From Acidobacteriota bacterium (GTDB taxonomy: Bacteria; Acidobacteriota; UBA890; WLXD01), in NCBI GenBank assembly GCA_963666055.2, contig CAXWPH010000002.1, forward strand, positions 160,001-224,000: DNA of 64,000 bases. Direction: 5' to 3'. Both the position numbers and the translations under genes were made by a program. The notes under the pieces are model-generated. The model was not told the DNA's origin. It ran no database searches and was given only the letters and a program-made list of their open reading frames with translations. This document shows, one piece after another, positions 1 through 9,814 of the stretch; within the stretch, counting starts at the first letter, position 1; every line of letters starts with the position of its first letter.

Positions 1-1678
1 GTACCGATTCGAACCGGCGGATGCTGGCCTCGCTCTCGGCGCGCCGACGTAGCGCGCGGAGCTGTTCCAGATCGTCGGCAACGACGAGGTTGAAGTCGTG
101 GCTGAGCGCCGACTCGTCGTTGATGATCTGCAGATAGCGGATTGACTCGGAGCCTGCCGGGAGAAGCTCTAACAGGCTCGATTCCAGCTTCACGCGGCTC
201 GCTGCGAGCCCGGCGATCGCGGTCAGGCCGATCGCCAGCGCGACGACTAGGCTCGGTGACGCGCAAACCCAACGGGCTGCCCGATCGTCCCAGATCTGGT
301 CGACGGCGGCAGGTGCGGCGGCGTTGTCGTCTTCGCGGCTGCCGCGCAACAACAGCAGCGCCGGTAGCACCAGCAGGGCGGCAAGCAGGCAGAGCAGCAC
401 GCCGACGCTGGTGACCAGGCCCAGCTGGGAAAAACCACGGAAGTCCATGAGCAGCAGACAGGCAAAGACCGCCGAGGTGGTGAACGCCGACGCGACGACT
501 GCGGCACTTGTCTTTCGAAGCGCGGCGCGCACCGCCTCCCGTCGCCCTTTGTGCTGCCGTTCGAGCTCGTACTGCGATAGGGGGTGCACTGCGTAGTCGA
601 TACCCATGCCGACGAGAATGGGGATCAGGGCCGCGGTGATGATGTTGAGCGACCCAATCTCGAGCTGCACCGCGCCGATCGACCAAATCACTCCGGCCGC
701 CCGGGTCGCCAAACCGAGCAGAGCGTGGCGCCGCCGGCGGAACACCAGCAACGAGATTCCGAGTACGCCGACGATAGCGATCAACGAAGTGCGGCGGGTG
801 TCTCGTCCTATGGCGTTCATTTCTTCCACGGCCATGGCGACAGGACCGGTGAGTCCGTAGCGAACGCCTGGATGCTCCGACAATACGGAGGTGACGGCCA
901 CGCGGACGCTATCCACCAGCGTTCGCTGCGCTTCCAGGCTGCTATCCAGGTTCGCGGGGCTGACCAGTACGAACAAAACGCGCTCATCACTGGTCGACAG
1001 GTAGCCATCAGCGGTCAGCGATCCGCGCCGCCCGCTGTCGATCAGCCTCAGCGGCGCCTGCTTCAGCCGATCGACGAACCCATGAGGGTCGCTGAGGAAG
1101 TCGCGCTCGGCGTCGACGAGCGCGAGGAGCCGGGTGGCTGCTACGGCAGCATCGTCCGACCGCAAGACGCTGCCGGATTCGAGTGAATCCTCGACGCCAG
1201 TGGCAATGCGTACGTTCAGGTTGGCCCAGCTAGTCAGGGTCAGCGTGCCATCGACAGCAAGCAGCCCCTGCAACATCTCGAACGCCTGCTCGACCATGTC
1301 CGCCGGCGCCAAGGCAAGCGCATGATCGGCAAGCCATTCCAAGTCGATGCGGTAGAACACGCTACGTACCTGCGAGTCTGCCTGTAGGCGCTCGGCGATC
1401 TCTCGCGCCGTGGTCTCCAGCTCTTCAACCGATGCGCCGCTCGCGCTTGCCTCGAGCGCGACAATGAGCGGCTCAGCGCTGGCGAACTGGGAGCGCAGCG
1501 AGTTCCATCGCGCCTGGTCCACGTCGTCTTGTGGCACCAGCTCCTGTCGCGAGGTCAGGAACTCGATTCCCGTTCCCAGCCAAATGGAGATAGCGCACAG
1601 TGCCACAGCGATGGTCAGCACGGCGCGTGGATGGTCCAGAACCAACGATTCGGCGCGCTTGAGCACAGGGCGTATCAT
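1..1678 (-). CDS. MMPL/RND-family transporter (HpnN-like), C-terminal part runs off window start
   Basis: Absent from the ORF track because no stop falls in the window. My minus-strand translation from ATG 1678 reads MIRPVLKRAESLVLDHPRAVLTIAVALCAISIWLG..., and later SLNIITAALIPILVGMGIDYAVH, the MMPL TM4 GxGIDY motif. Confidence 0.85.
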   Translation of the reverse strand, partial: MIRPVLKRAESLVLDHPRAVLTIAVALCAISIWLGTGIEFLTSRQELVPQDDVDQARWNSLRSQFASAEPLIVALEASASGASVEELETTAREIAERLQADSQVRSVFYRIDLEWLADHALALAPADMVEQAFEMLQGLLAVDGTLTLTSWANLNVRIATGVEDSLESGSVLRSDDAAVAATRLLALVDAERDFLSDPHGFVDRLKQAPLRLIDSGRRGSLTADGYLSTSDERVLFVLVSPANLDSSLEAQRTLVDSVRVAVTSVLSEHPGVRYGLTGPVAMAVEEMNAIGRDTRRTSLIAIVGVLGISLLVFRRRRHALLGLATRAAGVIWSIGAVQLEIGSLNIITAALIPILVGMGIDYAVHPLSQYELERQHKGRREAVRAALRKTSAAVVASAFTTSAVFACLLLMDFRGFSQLGLVTSVGVLLCLLAALLVLPALLLLRGSREDDNAAAPAAVDQIWDDRAARWVCASPSLVVALAIGLTAIAGLAASRVKLESSLLELLPAGSESIRYLQIINDESALSHDFNLVVADDLEQLRALRRRAESEASIRRFESV

Positions 1679-1810
1679 GCGCGGCAGTCTACCGAATGAG
1701 GCTGGCGGCGACTGGCGAGCCAGGAGCGCACAATGCGCACTATGCCGCGTCCACGAGCACCCTGTAGCATCGCGCTCACCTGACCAGCCCGCCCCCCTTG
1801 CGAGAATGCC

Positions 1811-2770
1811 GTGAAGTCGCTGATTCTCACCCAGTCTGATATTCGCTCCGTGGTGAAGATGAGCGCCGTGGTACCCGCGATCGAGACGGCGTTCGAGGCG
1901 CATGGGCGCGGCGACACACAGATGCCGGTGAAGGTCTACCTCGATCTGCCTGAGCACCATGGCGACTTCCGGGCCATGCCCGCCTACATGGATGGATCGG
2001 CGGGGGTGAAGTGGGTCAACTCGCACCCGCGGAACCCGGAGGACCACGGGTTGCCGTCGGTTCTCGGCATGTACATTCTCAGCGACCCGTCCACTGCTGT
2101 GCCGCTGGCGGTCATGGATGCAACGCTGCTGACTGCGCTGCGCACCGGCGCGGCGGCGGCTGTCGCTGCCAAGCACCTGGCGCGGCCGGATGCCCGCAGC
2201 GTCGGCTTCGTCGGTTGTGGCGTGCAGGCGCGTACCATGCTCGACGCGCTACGCGTTGTCTTGGACGGCCTGCAGGTCGTGGCTGCCGATCAGAACCCCG
2301 ACGCGGCGGCTACTTTCGCCACTGAGATTGGCGGAATTGTCGGCGACGTGGCGGCTGCAGCAGCCTGCGACATCGTTTGCACCGCAACGCCTTCGCGCAC
2401 CCCGATCGTGCGTCACGAGTGGGTGAAGCCGGGTACGCACATCAACGCCATGGGTGCCGATGCGCACGGCAAGCAGGAGCTCGAGTCCAGCCTGATGGCG
2501 GCTGCCAAGGTAGTCATTGACGACTGGCAGCAGGCCTGTGCGAGTGGCGAGGTGAACGTGCCCTTGCAGGAAGGCTCGCTCGCTCGAGACGACATTCACG
2601 CCGCCCTGGGGGAGATTGTGGCGAGGTTGGCGCCGGGTCGTGAGACCGATGCCGAGATTACCGTGTTCGATTCCACCGGGCTCGCCGTACAAGACGTCGC
2701 GTTGGCGCGCCTAATATACGAGCAGGCCCGCGCCGCCGGGGTCGGTCTGGAGGTCGATTTTCTCGCCTAG
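1811..2770 (+). CDS. ala: Ornithine cyclodeaminase/mu-crystallin family, archaeal-type alanine dehydrogenase
   Basis: Motifs RAMPA, KWVNSHP, LRTGAA, GCGVQA (NAD-binding), GADAHGKQE, FDSTGLAVQD. Confidence 0.85.
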   Translation: MKSLILTQSDIRSVVKMSAVVPAIETAFEAHGRGDTQMPVKVYLDLPEHHGDFRAMPAYMDGSAGVKWVNSHPRNPEDHGLPSVLGMYILSDPSTAVPLAVMDATLLTALRTGAAAAVAAKHLARPDARSVGFVGCGVQARTMLDALRVVLDGLQVVAADQNPDAAATFATEIGGIVGDVAAAAACDIVCTATPSRTPIVRHEWVKPGTHINAMGADAHGKQELESSLMAAAKVVIDDWQQACASGEVNVPLQEGSLARDDIHAALGEIVARLAPGRETDAEITVFDSTGLAVQDVALARLIYEQARAAGVGLEVDFLA

Positions 2771-2846
2771 TCGCCTGTGCCAGTGGTGGAGGCCGGCCGT
2801 ACGGGTGGACCCGGCGCGTACCCAAACGAGTGAAGGAGCGATGGCC

Positions 2847-3971
2847 ATGAAGACGCGCGGATTTCAACAGACCAGCTGGTGGTTTACCCTGTTGCTGGTC
2901 GTCGCCACGGCATGCGTGCCGACGACCGTCGCTGCTCCGGCAGCGATGCAGTACGCGCAGCTGCATCACTCCGAGTACGGAGCCGCGATCGAGGCTGCGC
3001 GCGCTGTTGTTCAGGAGCGCCTGCTCGAGTACCCCGGACTGTCGATCGCCGTTGGAATCGACGACCGGATCGTCTGGGCAGAGGGATTCGGCTGGGCCGA
3101 TATCGAGCAGTGTGTTCCGGTGCGACCCACGTCTCGGTTTCGCGTCGGCAGCGTCGCCAAGCCGATGACCGCGTCGCTTCTCGGCCTGCTCTACGAGGAA
3201 GGCAAGATCGACCTCGACGCGCCGGTGCAGACATACGTGCGGACGTTTCCAGAGAAGAGCCACCCGATCTCTACGCGCCTGCTCGCCGGGCACCTGGCCG
3301 GCATTCGCGACTACGAAGGCGACGAGTTCTTCAGCGCCGTTCGCTACGACACCGTGTCGGAAGGGCTGGAAATCTTCGCTGCCGACCCGTTGCGGTTCGA
3401 GCCGAGCAGCGAGTACTTGTACTCGAGCTACGGATGGAACCTGATCAGCGCCATCATCGAGGGTGCGAGCGGCGAGGAGTTTCTACCGCAAATGCAGAGC
3501 CGCGTATTCGAGCCGCTTGGCATGCTCGACACAACTTCGGATCAGAATGCCTTGATTGTCCGCGAGCGGGTCCGACCTTATGAGCGCGGGGATGACGGAC
3601 TCCTGTACAACGCCCCTCATGTCGACAACAGTTACAAGTGGGCCGGCGGGGGGTTTCTCTCTACTGCACAGGACCTCGTGCGCTTCGGCATGGCGCACAT
3701 GAAGCCCGGCTTCTTGCAGATGGCGACCCTGCAGGAGTGGCAGACGTCACAACGAACGAACGATGGCCTGGAGACCGGCTACGGAATGGGCTGGAGCGTT
3801 GGCACGGACGCGTCGGGCCGCCGAAGCGTCGGTCACGGCGGCGGCTCGGTGGGCGGAACCACCGGGCTCATGCTGCTGCCGGATGACGGCTTGGTGATTG
3901 CCGTCACCAGCAACATGAGCGGCGCGCCGGGTTTTCCCACTCAGGAAATTGTCGATCTGTTCCTGCAGTAG
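2847..3971 (+). CDS. Serine hydrolase, beta-lactamase class C/PBP-like family, probable lipoprotein
   Basis: SxxK (GSVAKP), LAGHLAG, YSS, GHGGG; N-terminal hydrophobic stretch ending ATAC; AAGGAG RBS before ATG 2847. Confidence 0.88.
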   Translation: MKTRGFQQTSWWFTLLLVVATACVPTTVAAPAAMQYAQLHHSEYGAAIEAARAVVQERLLEYPGLSIAVGIDDRIVWAEGFGWADIEQCVPVRPTSRFRVGSVAKPMTASLLGLLYEEGKIDLDAPVQTYVRTFPEKSHPISTRLLAGHLAGIRDYEGDEFFSAVRYDTVSEGLEIFAADPLRFEPSSEYLYSSYGWNLISAIIEGASGEEFLPQMQSRVFEPLGMLDTTSDQNALIVRERVRPYERGDDGLLYNAPHVDNSYKWAGGGFLSTAQDLVRFGMAHMKPGFLQMATLQEWQTSQRTNDGLETGYGMGWSVGTDASGRRSVGHGGGSVGGTTGLMLLPDDGLVIAVTSNMSGAPGFPTQEIVDLFLQ

Positions 3972-3990
3972 CCGCCGCGGTCATGGCATG

Positions 3991-4785
3991 TCAGGAAGCC
4001 CGGCGGAGTTTGATATCTCCGTTCATCGTGGATAACGAGATCGAGCGCCCTCCGGAGCCGATCGTGCCGCTCGCCTTGTTGCGGATCCAGCCTGACTTCT
4101 CCAACGGCCAGTCAGACTCGACGCTGCCGTTCATCGTCGAGGCGCTCACGTCGGCGTTCGCACCGACCGGCAGCACCACCTCGATGGCCACGTTCATCGA
4201 CTTCAGCTCGAGGTCTCCCGACCAGTCGGTCGAACCGATGCGTGTCCACACCTCGCCGTTCATCGTCGAGGCGCGCGCCCAGCCCGTCGTCCATACCTCG
4301 ATGGCACCGTTCATCGTCAGTAGCTCGACGTCACTGCGCAGGTTGTCGGCGCCGATGCGGCCATTCATCGTCTGGCCGACGAACCGTACTCCGGCCGGGA
4401 CGCGCACGGTGAAGGTCACCTTGGTCTTGTTCTTGTTGCTGCTCATGTGCCCCGAGTCGGGCTCGCAGTCGTTGCTCGACCACAGTCGCCCTGGATAGAT
4501 CGAGCAGATGGTCACGCCATCGTCGTGCTCGACGACCTCGAAGGTGACCTCGTCTCGGTCAACGGCGGGCCCCTCCTTGACGGCCTTTACCTCGACGCGG
4601 TCGCCGTCGCTGTATTCGGCTATCAACGGGCCGTTGGCGTTCTTGATCTGCAGCGTCTTGCCTGGGGCGACACTGCCCGACCAGCTGAATTCGTCATTGC
4701 TCTGCACGGCGGTCGGGCCCATGCCGGTCAACAGAATGGCGGCAAAGCCGGTTGCCAAAGCGAGTCGAAGGCGAGTGCTCATCAC
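3991..4785 (-). CDS. DUF4097 beta-strand-repeat (adhesin-like) secreted protein
   Basis: Signal peptide and repeated (S/T)MNG.(I/V) units, visible in DNA as recurring ccgttcatcgt. Confidence 0.85.
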   Translation of the reverse strand: MMSTRLRLALATGFAAILLTGMGPTAVQSNDEFSWSGSVAPGKTLQIKNANGPLIAEYSDGDRVEVKAVKEGPAVDRDEVTFEVVEHDDGVTICSIYPGRLWSSNDCEPDSGHMSSNKNKTKVTFTVRVPAGVRFVGQTMNGRIGADNLRSDVELLTMNGAIEVWTTGWARASTMNGEVWTRIGSTDWSGDLELKSMNVAIEVVLPVGANADVSASTMNGSVESDWPLEKSGWIRNKASGTIGSGGRSISLSTMNGDIKLRRAS

Positions 4786-4866
4786 GGGCGCTGCTCCTTA
4801 CGAGGGGATTGCCGATCGTAGGGCGTGGGGTCTCCACGGGTGGTCGGAGACTCTTGCTCTGCCCTT

Positions 4867-4895
4867 CTCTACGGTTGGACGCCACCCGAAGTTGC
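4867..4895 (-). promoter_or_regulatory. Putative ECF sigma promoter for the DUF4097 gene
   Basis: Minus strand GCAAC-N17-CGTAGA, resembling the SigW-type AAC...CGTA consensus. Confidence 0.45.
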
Positions 4896-4964
4896 GCGGT
4901 TGCCACATCAACGCGATAACGAGTGCGATGCCCGCGACCAAATCTGGGCTCGCGGGTTTGCGTC

Positions 4965-5384
4965 CTATGTCGCGCGAGCGCGGATCTGATCGACGAAGAG
5001 ATGGGCTTTCGGCGTTGAGAACCTGCATTCGACTTTTCCCGACGCGTCGTCGTCGAACGCCGCTGCTTCAAACGCCACGAGTAACCTGGCGTTGCCCTCG
5101 AGCTCGCAGCGGAGCTTCTCCAGCGCTTCGGCCTTCAGTGGGATGTTGACGATCGGCTTGGAGAACGTGAACGCCGCGAAACGCTCTTGCGTGACGACCA
5201 GGGAGCCGACGAACCAGCTAGCCCGATAGAGGGAGCGCTTGCCGGGTGCACGAAAGTTCCGATAGGTAACCCAGCCGCTGATGCCCTCCTCCATCAACAC
5301 CAGCCCCTCCTCACGCAGCACCGGCAGCAGGGCCGCGGGCACGCTGCCGATTCCGAACAGCCGGTGGAGGAAGCTCTTCGCCAC
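4965..5384 (-). CDS. Hypothetical protein
   Basis: 139-aa ORF with protein-like composition, co-oriented with its neighbours; no family recognised. Confidence 0.65.
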   Translation of the reverse strand: MAKSFLHRLFGIGSVPAALLPVLREEGLVLMEEGISGWVTYRNFRAPGKRSLYRASWFVGSLVVTQERFAAFTFSKPIVNIPLKAEALEKLRCELEGNARLLVAFEAAAFDDDASGKVECRFSTPKAHLFVDQIRARAT

Positions 5385-5433
5385 TGCTCTGATCGCCTCG
5401 AGCGGTCAGTCTGGCAGGCCGGCCGCGGTTGAT

Positions 5434-6381
5434 CTATCGAATCTCACTCAAGAAGCCTCTGACAGCTTCGTGAAACGCAACGGGCTGCTCGACGAACGGG
5501 AAGTGCCCGGCTTCCGGGATCAGCGTGAGCCGTGATCCCGGCATGCTGTCGTGCAGTGCCTTTCCACCGAGCTCCACCGCCGGTTCGTCGGCCCCGTACA
5601 GGATCAACGTCGGTACCGACACCTCTGCGAGGCGCTCATGAAGGTCGAAGCTCGTCAGGTCCACCATGATCGCACCGAACTGCTCGCTGCGCTGCGAGTA
5701 GTCGTCGGGAACGTACAGATCGAGATCGGCGAGTCGTTCCGGATCGTGGAACTGCGGCCTGAACGACAGGCGCAGGAGCTCCTCGATGGCGCTTGGCTCG
5801 CGGTTGGCGAAGGCATCGGTGCCCATGATCTCTTGACGGCGGACGCCATCCTCCGCGGTGATGCGCTCGGCCAGCAGCGCCTCCTCCTGTTGCCAAAACT
5901 CCGAGCTGGCGGGCATGGAGTCGAGCAGTATCAGCGATCGGAGGTTGCCGCCATGCTCCAGGGCATAGTTGATCGCCAACAGCCCGCCCCACGAATGCGC
6001 CATCAGGTGGATCCGACCGAGCTCCAACGACACGCGTAGGGACTCGATGTCGTCGACGAAAGCGGCGATCCGCACGGTGCTCGGGTCGACCGTCGGCGCC
6101 GAGCGCCCGCTCAGCCGCTGGTCGTAGAAGACCAGCTCGTAGGAGTCGGCGAGCGGTGCCAGGTGGGGAAGTAGATAGCCGTGCTCGAGAACTGGTCCGC
6201 CGTGAACGACGACGATCGGGTCTCCGGCACCCATCTGCTTCACGTACAGCTCGGTGCCGTTGATCTCCCGTCGACCCTTGTCGATCGGAAGCTCTGACGG
6301 TGCCCCCGAGCATGTGGCAGCGCTGAGGATGCCCAGCAGGACACACGACAGGTTCCTCAGGTCATGCATCATTCCGCGCAT
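5434..6381 (-). CDS. Alpha/beta hydrolase, proline iminopeptidase-like, possible lipoprotein
   Basis: HGGP oxyanion motif, YDQR, AHSWGG nucleophile, GHFPFVE; N-terminal hydrophobic stretch with Cys. Confidence 0.85.
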   Translation of the reverse strand: MRGMMHDLRNLSCVLLGILSAATCSGAPSELPIDKGRREINGTELYVKQMGAGDPIVVVHGGPVLEHGYLLPHLAPLADSYELVFYDQRLSGRSAPTVDPSTVRIAAFVDDIESLRVSLELGRIHLMAHSWGGLLAINYALEHGGNLRSLILLDSMPASSEFWQQEEALLAERITAEDGVRRQEIMGTDAFANREPSAIEELLRLSFRPQFHDPERLADLDLYVPDDYSQRSEQFGAIMVDLTSFDLHERLAEVSVPTLILYGADEPAVELGGKALHDSMPGSRLTLIPEAGHFPFVEQPVAFHEAVRGFLSEIR

Positions 6382-6407
6382 GAAGTAACGGCGACCATCG
6401 GCGAACG

Positions 6408-9400
6408 CTACTGCGACACGACCACGGCAGGTACGTTGGCGCCCTTGACCATGGTGTTAAACGCCGTCAGGTCCTTGTCGATGATCGCTTGTAGCTGACC
6501 CATGAGGTCGGTGAGCTGGGGCTTCAGGTCATCGAAGCGCTCGTAGGCTCCGTCGGTGGGACGGTTGTTGCCACCACCGAAGCCACCCAGGGCGTAGCCG
6601 TAGACGTTGACGATCTGGTTATCGAGCATCGGCGGGAAGTTGAGCGGGTCTTGGCTCGACCGGCTCTTGACTTGAGTGATCTTCTCCTCGATTACCGTCA
6701 GCTTGTCGGCCATGGTCTTTTGGGCGGTGGTGATCTGCTGGTTGTCGATACCGGCCCTACCCATCTGGGCAATGACCTCGGCGCTCTGCTTCTTGATGTC
6801 GCGGAGCCTCTGCAGTGCATCGTACATCTCACCGATGGCGTCGCCGACCTCGCCGAGAAACTCGTGCTGCAGGCGCAGATCCTCGGCGGTCACACCCGGC
6901 TTGGGATTGATGTCGACGACGATCTGTTGCTCCTGGCTCCAGTCGCCGCGTGTCAGGCGGACGGTGTACGTGCCGGGCAGAACCGGCCGGCCGGGTGCAG
7001 AGCCCCACAACGTCACGTCGTCGGGAATATCCGGCTCTTCCTCGCGTAGGCGCCAGGTGAACGTGTTCAGCCCCGGCTTCGCGGTGAGCGTGGCGGGGCC
7101 GTCGCCGAACTGGGCCGCGAACCCGCCACCGCCGGACCCCGGTGCAACATCGTCGTCAGGGTTGCCCGTGATCTCCTTTATGACCTCGCCGTCGCCGCCG
7201 ACGATGGATAGCTTGATCTCGTCTTGCGGCTCTTGGTCGAGGTAGTAGCGGATGCGGGTGGGGCCAAAGTTGCCCGCCCGGTAGGCGTGGCGCGGCGGGA
7301 ACAGGTAGTTGCCCGACGCTGCCATCGCCCCGTCCAAGTCGCGCAGCATGGTCATGTCGTCGAGGATCCAGAAGCCGCGACCCTGGGTCGACACCACCAA
7401 GTCTCCTCGATGGACTCGCAGGTCGGTGACCGGTGTCACCGGCAAGTTGAGCTGGAGCTCCTGCCAGTGGGTGCCGTCGTCGAACGAGGCGTACATGCCG
7501 TACTCGGTGCCGGCGAAAATCAGCCCTTGCTGCTCAGGGTCCTCGCGCACGGCGCGCACGAAGTTGGTGGCGGGAATGCCGTTGCTCCCATCGGTCAATA
7601 GCCGCCAACGGTCACCGTAGTTGCTGGTCTGGAAGATGTACGGTCGAAAGTCGCCCTCGCGGTATCGGTATACAGCGACGTGGGCGCGGCCGGGGTCGTG
7701 CGCCGACAGGTCGATGACGTTGACCGTCCCGCCGGCAGGCATGTCGCGGGGAGTGATGTCGGTCCAGCTGCCACCGTTGTTGCGCGACACGTGGATCTTG
7801 CCGTCGTCGGAGCCCGCCCACAAAAGCCCTTCAGTGTGGGGCGATTCCTCGAACGCGAAGATGGTGTTGTAAACCTCGACGCCGGTCGAGTCGTGGCTGA
7901 TCGGGCCGCCGGCGTAGTCCTGAGTCTCGGGGTTGTCGGTGGTCAGGTCGGGGCTGATCACCTCCCAGCTTTGGCCGCCGTCGCCGGTGCGGTGCACTAC
8001 CTGGGAGGTGTGGTAAACAACGTCGGGGTCGTGCGGCGAGATGCGGATGGGTGCGTTCCACTGGAAGCGATACTCGAGGTCGCGCGGTGCCTGGCCCAGC
8101 TGCAGTTGTGGGTAGGCGAGTATCTGACGCGAGGAACCGGCATCGCGATCGACGCGTGAGATCGCCCCACCGTAACAACCTGCGTAGACTACCGAGTTGT
8201 CGCGTGGGTCGATGGCGATATGGCCGGACTCACAGCCGCCCACCGCATACCAATCCGGGAATACGCGGTTACGGCCAGTGAAGCTCGGCACCGAGATCGT
8301 GCTGTTGTCCTGCTGCGGGCCGTAGATGCGGTACGGCCAGTCGTCGTCAACGAAAACGCGGTAGATCTCCGCGGTAGGCTGGTTCATCTGTGACGACCAT
8401 GATTCGCCGCCGTTGAACGATACGTTGGCGCCGCCGTCGTTGGCGTTGATCATGATCTGCGGCGAGCCCGGGTTGATCCAGAGGTCGTGGTTGTCGCCGT
8501 GCGGCACGTCGATCTGCTGGTCGAATTCGACCCCCCCGTCGATCGATCGGTATAGGCCGGTGTTGAGAGCGTAGACGGTGTTCTCGTCCTTGGGATCGGC
8601 GTAAATGTGAGTGTAGTACCAGGGCCGCTGGCGTAGGTTGGCGGCGCTGTTGATGCGGCTCCAGTTGGCGCCGGCGTCGTCGGAGCGATACACACCGCCG
8701 CGCTCCCCCTCGCCCTCGATCAGCGCCCAGAGCCGGTCGGAGTTGGCCGCCGAGACGGTCACGTCGATCTTGCCGAGCAGCCCGGTCGGGAGGCCGCCGG
8801 CGAGCGGGTTCCAGGTATCGCCACCATCGGTGCTCTTCCAGATCCCGCCCTTGTCGTTGCCCGAGATCAGCGTCCAGGGCTTGCGCTCTACGCGCCAGGC
8901 GGCGGCATACAGGATGCGCGGGTTGTTGACGTTCATGGCGACCTGGTTGAAGCCGGTGGCCTCGTCGATGTAGAGGACCTTCTCCCAGCTGTCGCCACCG
9001 TCGGTGGTGCGGAAGACGCCGCGGTCCTCGTTGGGTCCGAAGATGTGCCCGAGCGCCGCCACGTAGACGACGTCAGGGTTGTCCGGATGGACGCGGATCT
9101 TGGGGATCTGGCCGGCGTGGTCGAGACCGATGTGGGTCCAGGTCTTGCCGGCATCGGTCGATCGATAGATGCCGTCTCCGTTGGAGATGTTGCCGCGCGG
9201 ACACCCCGAGCCGGTGCCCGCGTAGAGGACGTTGGGATCGGAGGGCGCCACGGCGATCGCGCCGATGGCACCGACGCCGAAGAACCCGTCGCTGATGTTG
9301 TTCCAATTGTTGCCGGCATCGCTGGTCTTCCAAACGCCGCCGCCGGTGCTGCCGAAGTAGTAGGTCAGCGGGTCACCGATGACGCCGGTTACCGCCGTCG

Positions 9401-9599
9401 ATCGACCACCGCGCGAGAAACGCGACGAGCGGTATTCCAGGCCCTCGAAGTACAGCGGGTCGACCGTAACGTTGGTTGCATCCTCTTGCAGGTCACGGCG
9501 ACTCCCCTGGGCGAATGCGGCTGCGGTCGGCAGCGTGATGACTGCTACGAGCAAGAGGATCGCGAACGAGACACCGGTGATACGCCGATCAGGCTGCAT
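6408..9599 (-). CDS. VPS10/sortilin-like BNR (Asp-box) beta-propeller protein
   Basis: Many S/T-x-D-G-G-x-T/S-W Asp boxes, signal peptide after MQPDRR (ATG 9599, GAGGAG RBS), C-terminal helical region. Confidence 0.9.
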   Translation of the reverse strand: MQPDRRITGVSFAILLLVAVITLPTAAAFAQGSRRDLQEDATNVTVDPLYFEGLEYRSSRFSRGGRSTAVTGVIGDPLTYYFGSTGGGVWKTSDAGNNWNNISDGFFGVGAIGAIAVAPSDPNVLYAGTGSGCPRGNISNGDGIYRSTDAGKTWTHIGLDHAGQIPKIRVHPDNPDVVYVAALGHIFGPNEDRGVFRTTDGGDSWEKVLYIDEATGFNQVAMNVNNPRILYAAAWRVERKPWTLISGNDKGGIWKSTDGGDTWNPLAGGLPTGLLGKIDVTVSAANSDRLWALIEGEGERGGVYRSDDAGANWSRINSAANLRQRPWYYTHIYADPKDENTVYALNTGLYRSIDGGVEFDQQIDVPHGDNHDLWINPGSPQIMINANDGGANVSFNGGESWSSQMNQPTAEIYRVFVDDDWPYRIYGPQQDNSTISVPSFTGRNRVFPDWYAVGGCESGHIAIDPRDNSVVYAGCYGGAISRVDRDAGSSRQILAYPQLQLGQAPRDLEYRFQWNAPIRISPHDPDVVYHTSQVVHRTGDGGQSWEVISPDLTTDNPETQDYAGGPISHDSTGVEVYNTIFAFEESPHTEGLLWAGSDDGKIHVSRNNGGSWTDITPRDMPAGGTVNVIDLSAHDPGRAHVAVYRYREGDFRPYIFQTSNYGDRWRLLTDGSNGIPATNFVRAVREDPEQQGLIFAGTEYGMYASFDDGTHWQELQLNLPVTPVTDLRVHRGDLVVSTQGRGFWILDDMTMLRDLDGAMAASGNYLFPPRHAYRAGNFGPTRIRYYLDQEPQDEIKLSIVGGDGEVIKEITGNPDDDVAPGSGGGGFAAQFGDGPATLTAKPGLNTFTWRLREEEPDIPDDVTLWGSAPGRPVLPGTYTVRLTRGDWSQEQQIVVDINPKPGVTAEDLRLQHEFLGEVGDAIGEMYDALQRLRDIKKQSAEVIAQMGRAGIDNQQITTAQKTMADKLTVIEEKITQVKSRSSQDPLNFPPMLDNQIVNVYGYALGGFGGGNNRPTDGAYERFDDLKPQLTDLMGQLQAIIDKDLTAFNTMVKGANVPAVVVSQ

Positions 9600-9814
9600 G
9601 GCGGTTCTCCTCGGATGATGACGCCGGGTCCCGCTCCGAGTGCTCGCGCCGCGGCGGCGGAGCGGCCGCTCGGTGCCCACGCGCCGGTGCCAGGTGCTGG
9701 CCGCGCCAAGTGAACCGAGAAAGGCTCAGGTGGTCAAGCCCGCGGCGCTGAGCGGACCTGCGGCGTGTCGAATCAGTGCAGATCGCACCACTTCGGCAGA
9801 ATTGGCGGCGAGGC

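Noticed and set aside
4015-4375. Recurrent ccgttcatcgt units that could look like a CRISPR or repeat array
   Set aside because: Irregular spacing, short, and they encode the TMNG repeats of the DUF4097 protein.
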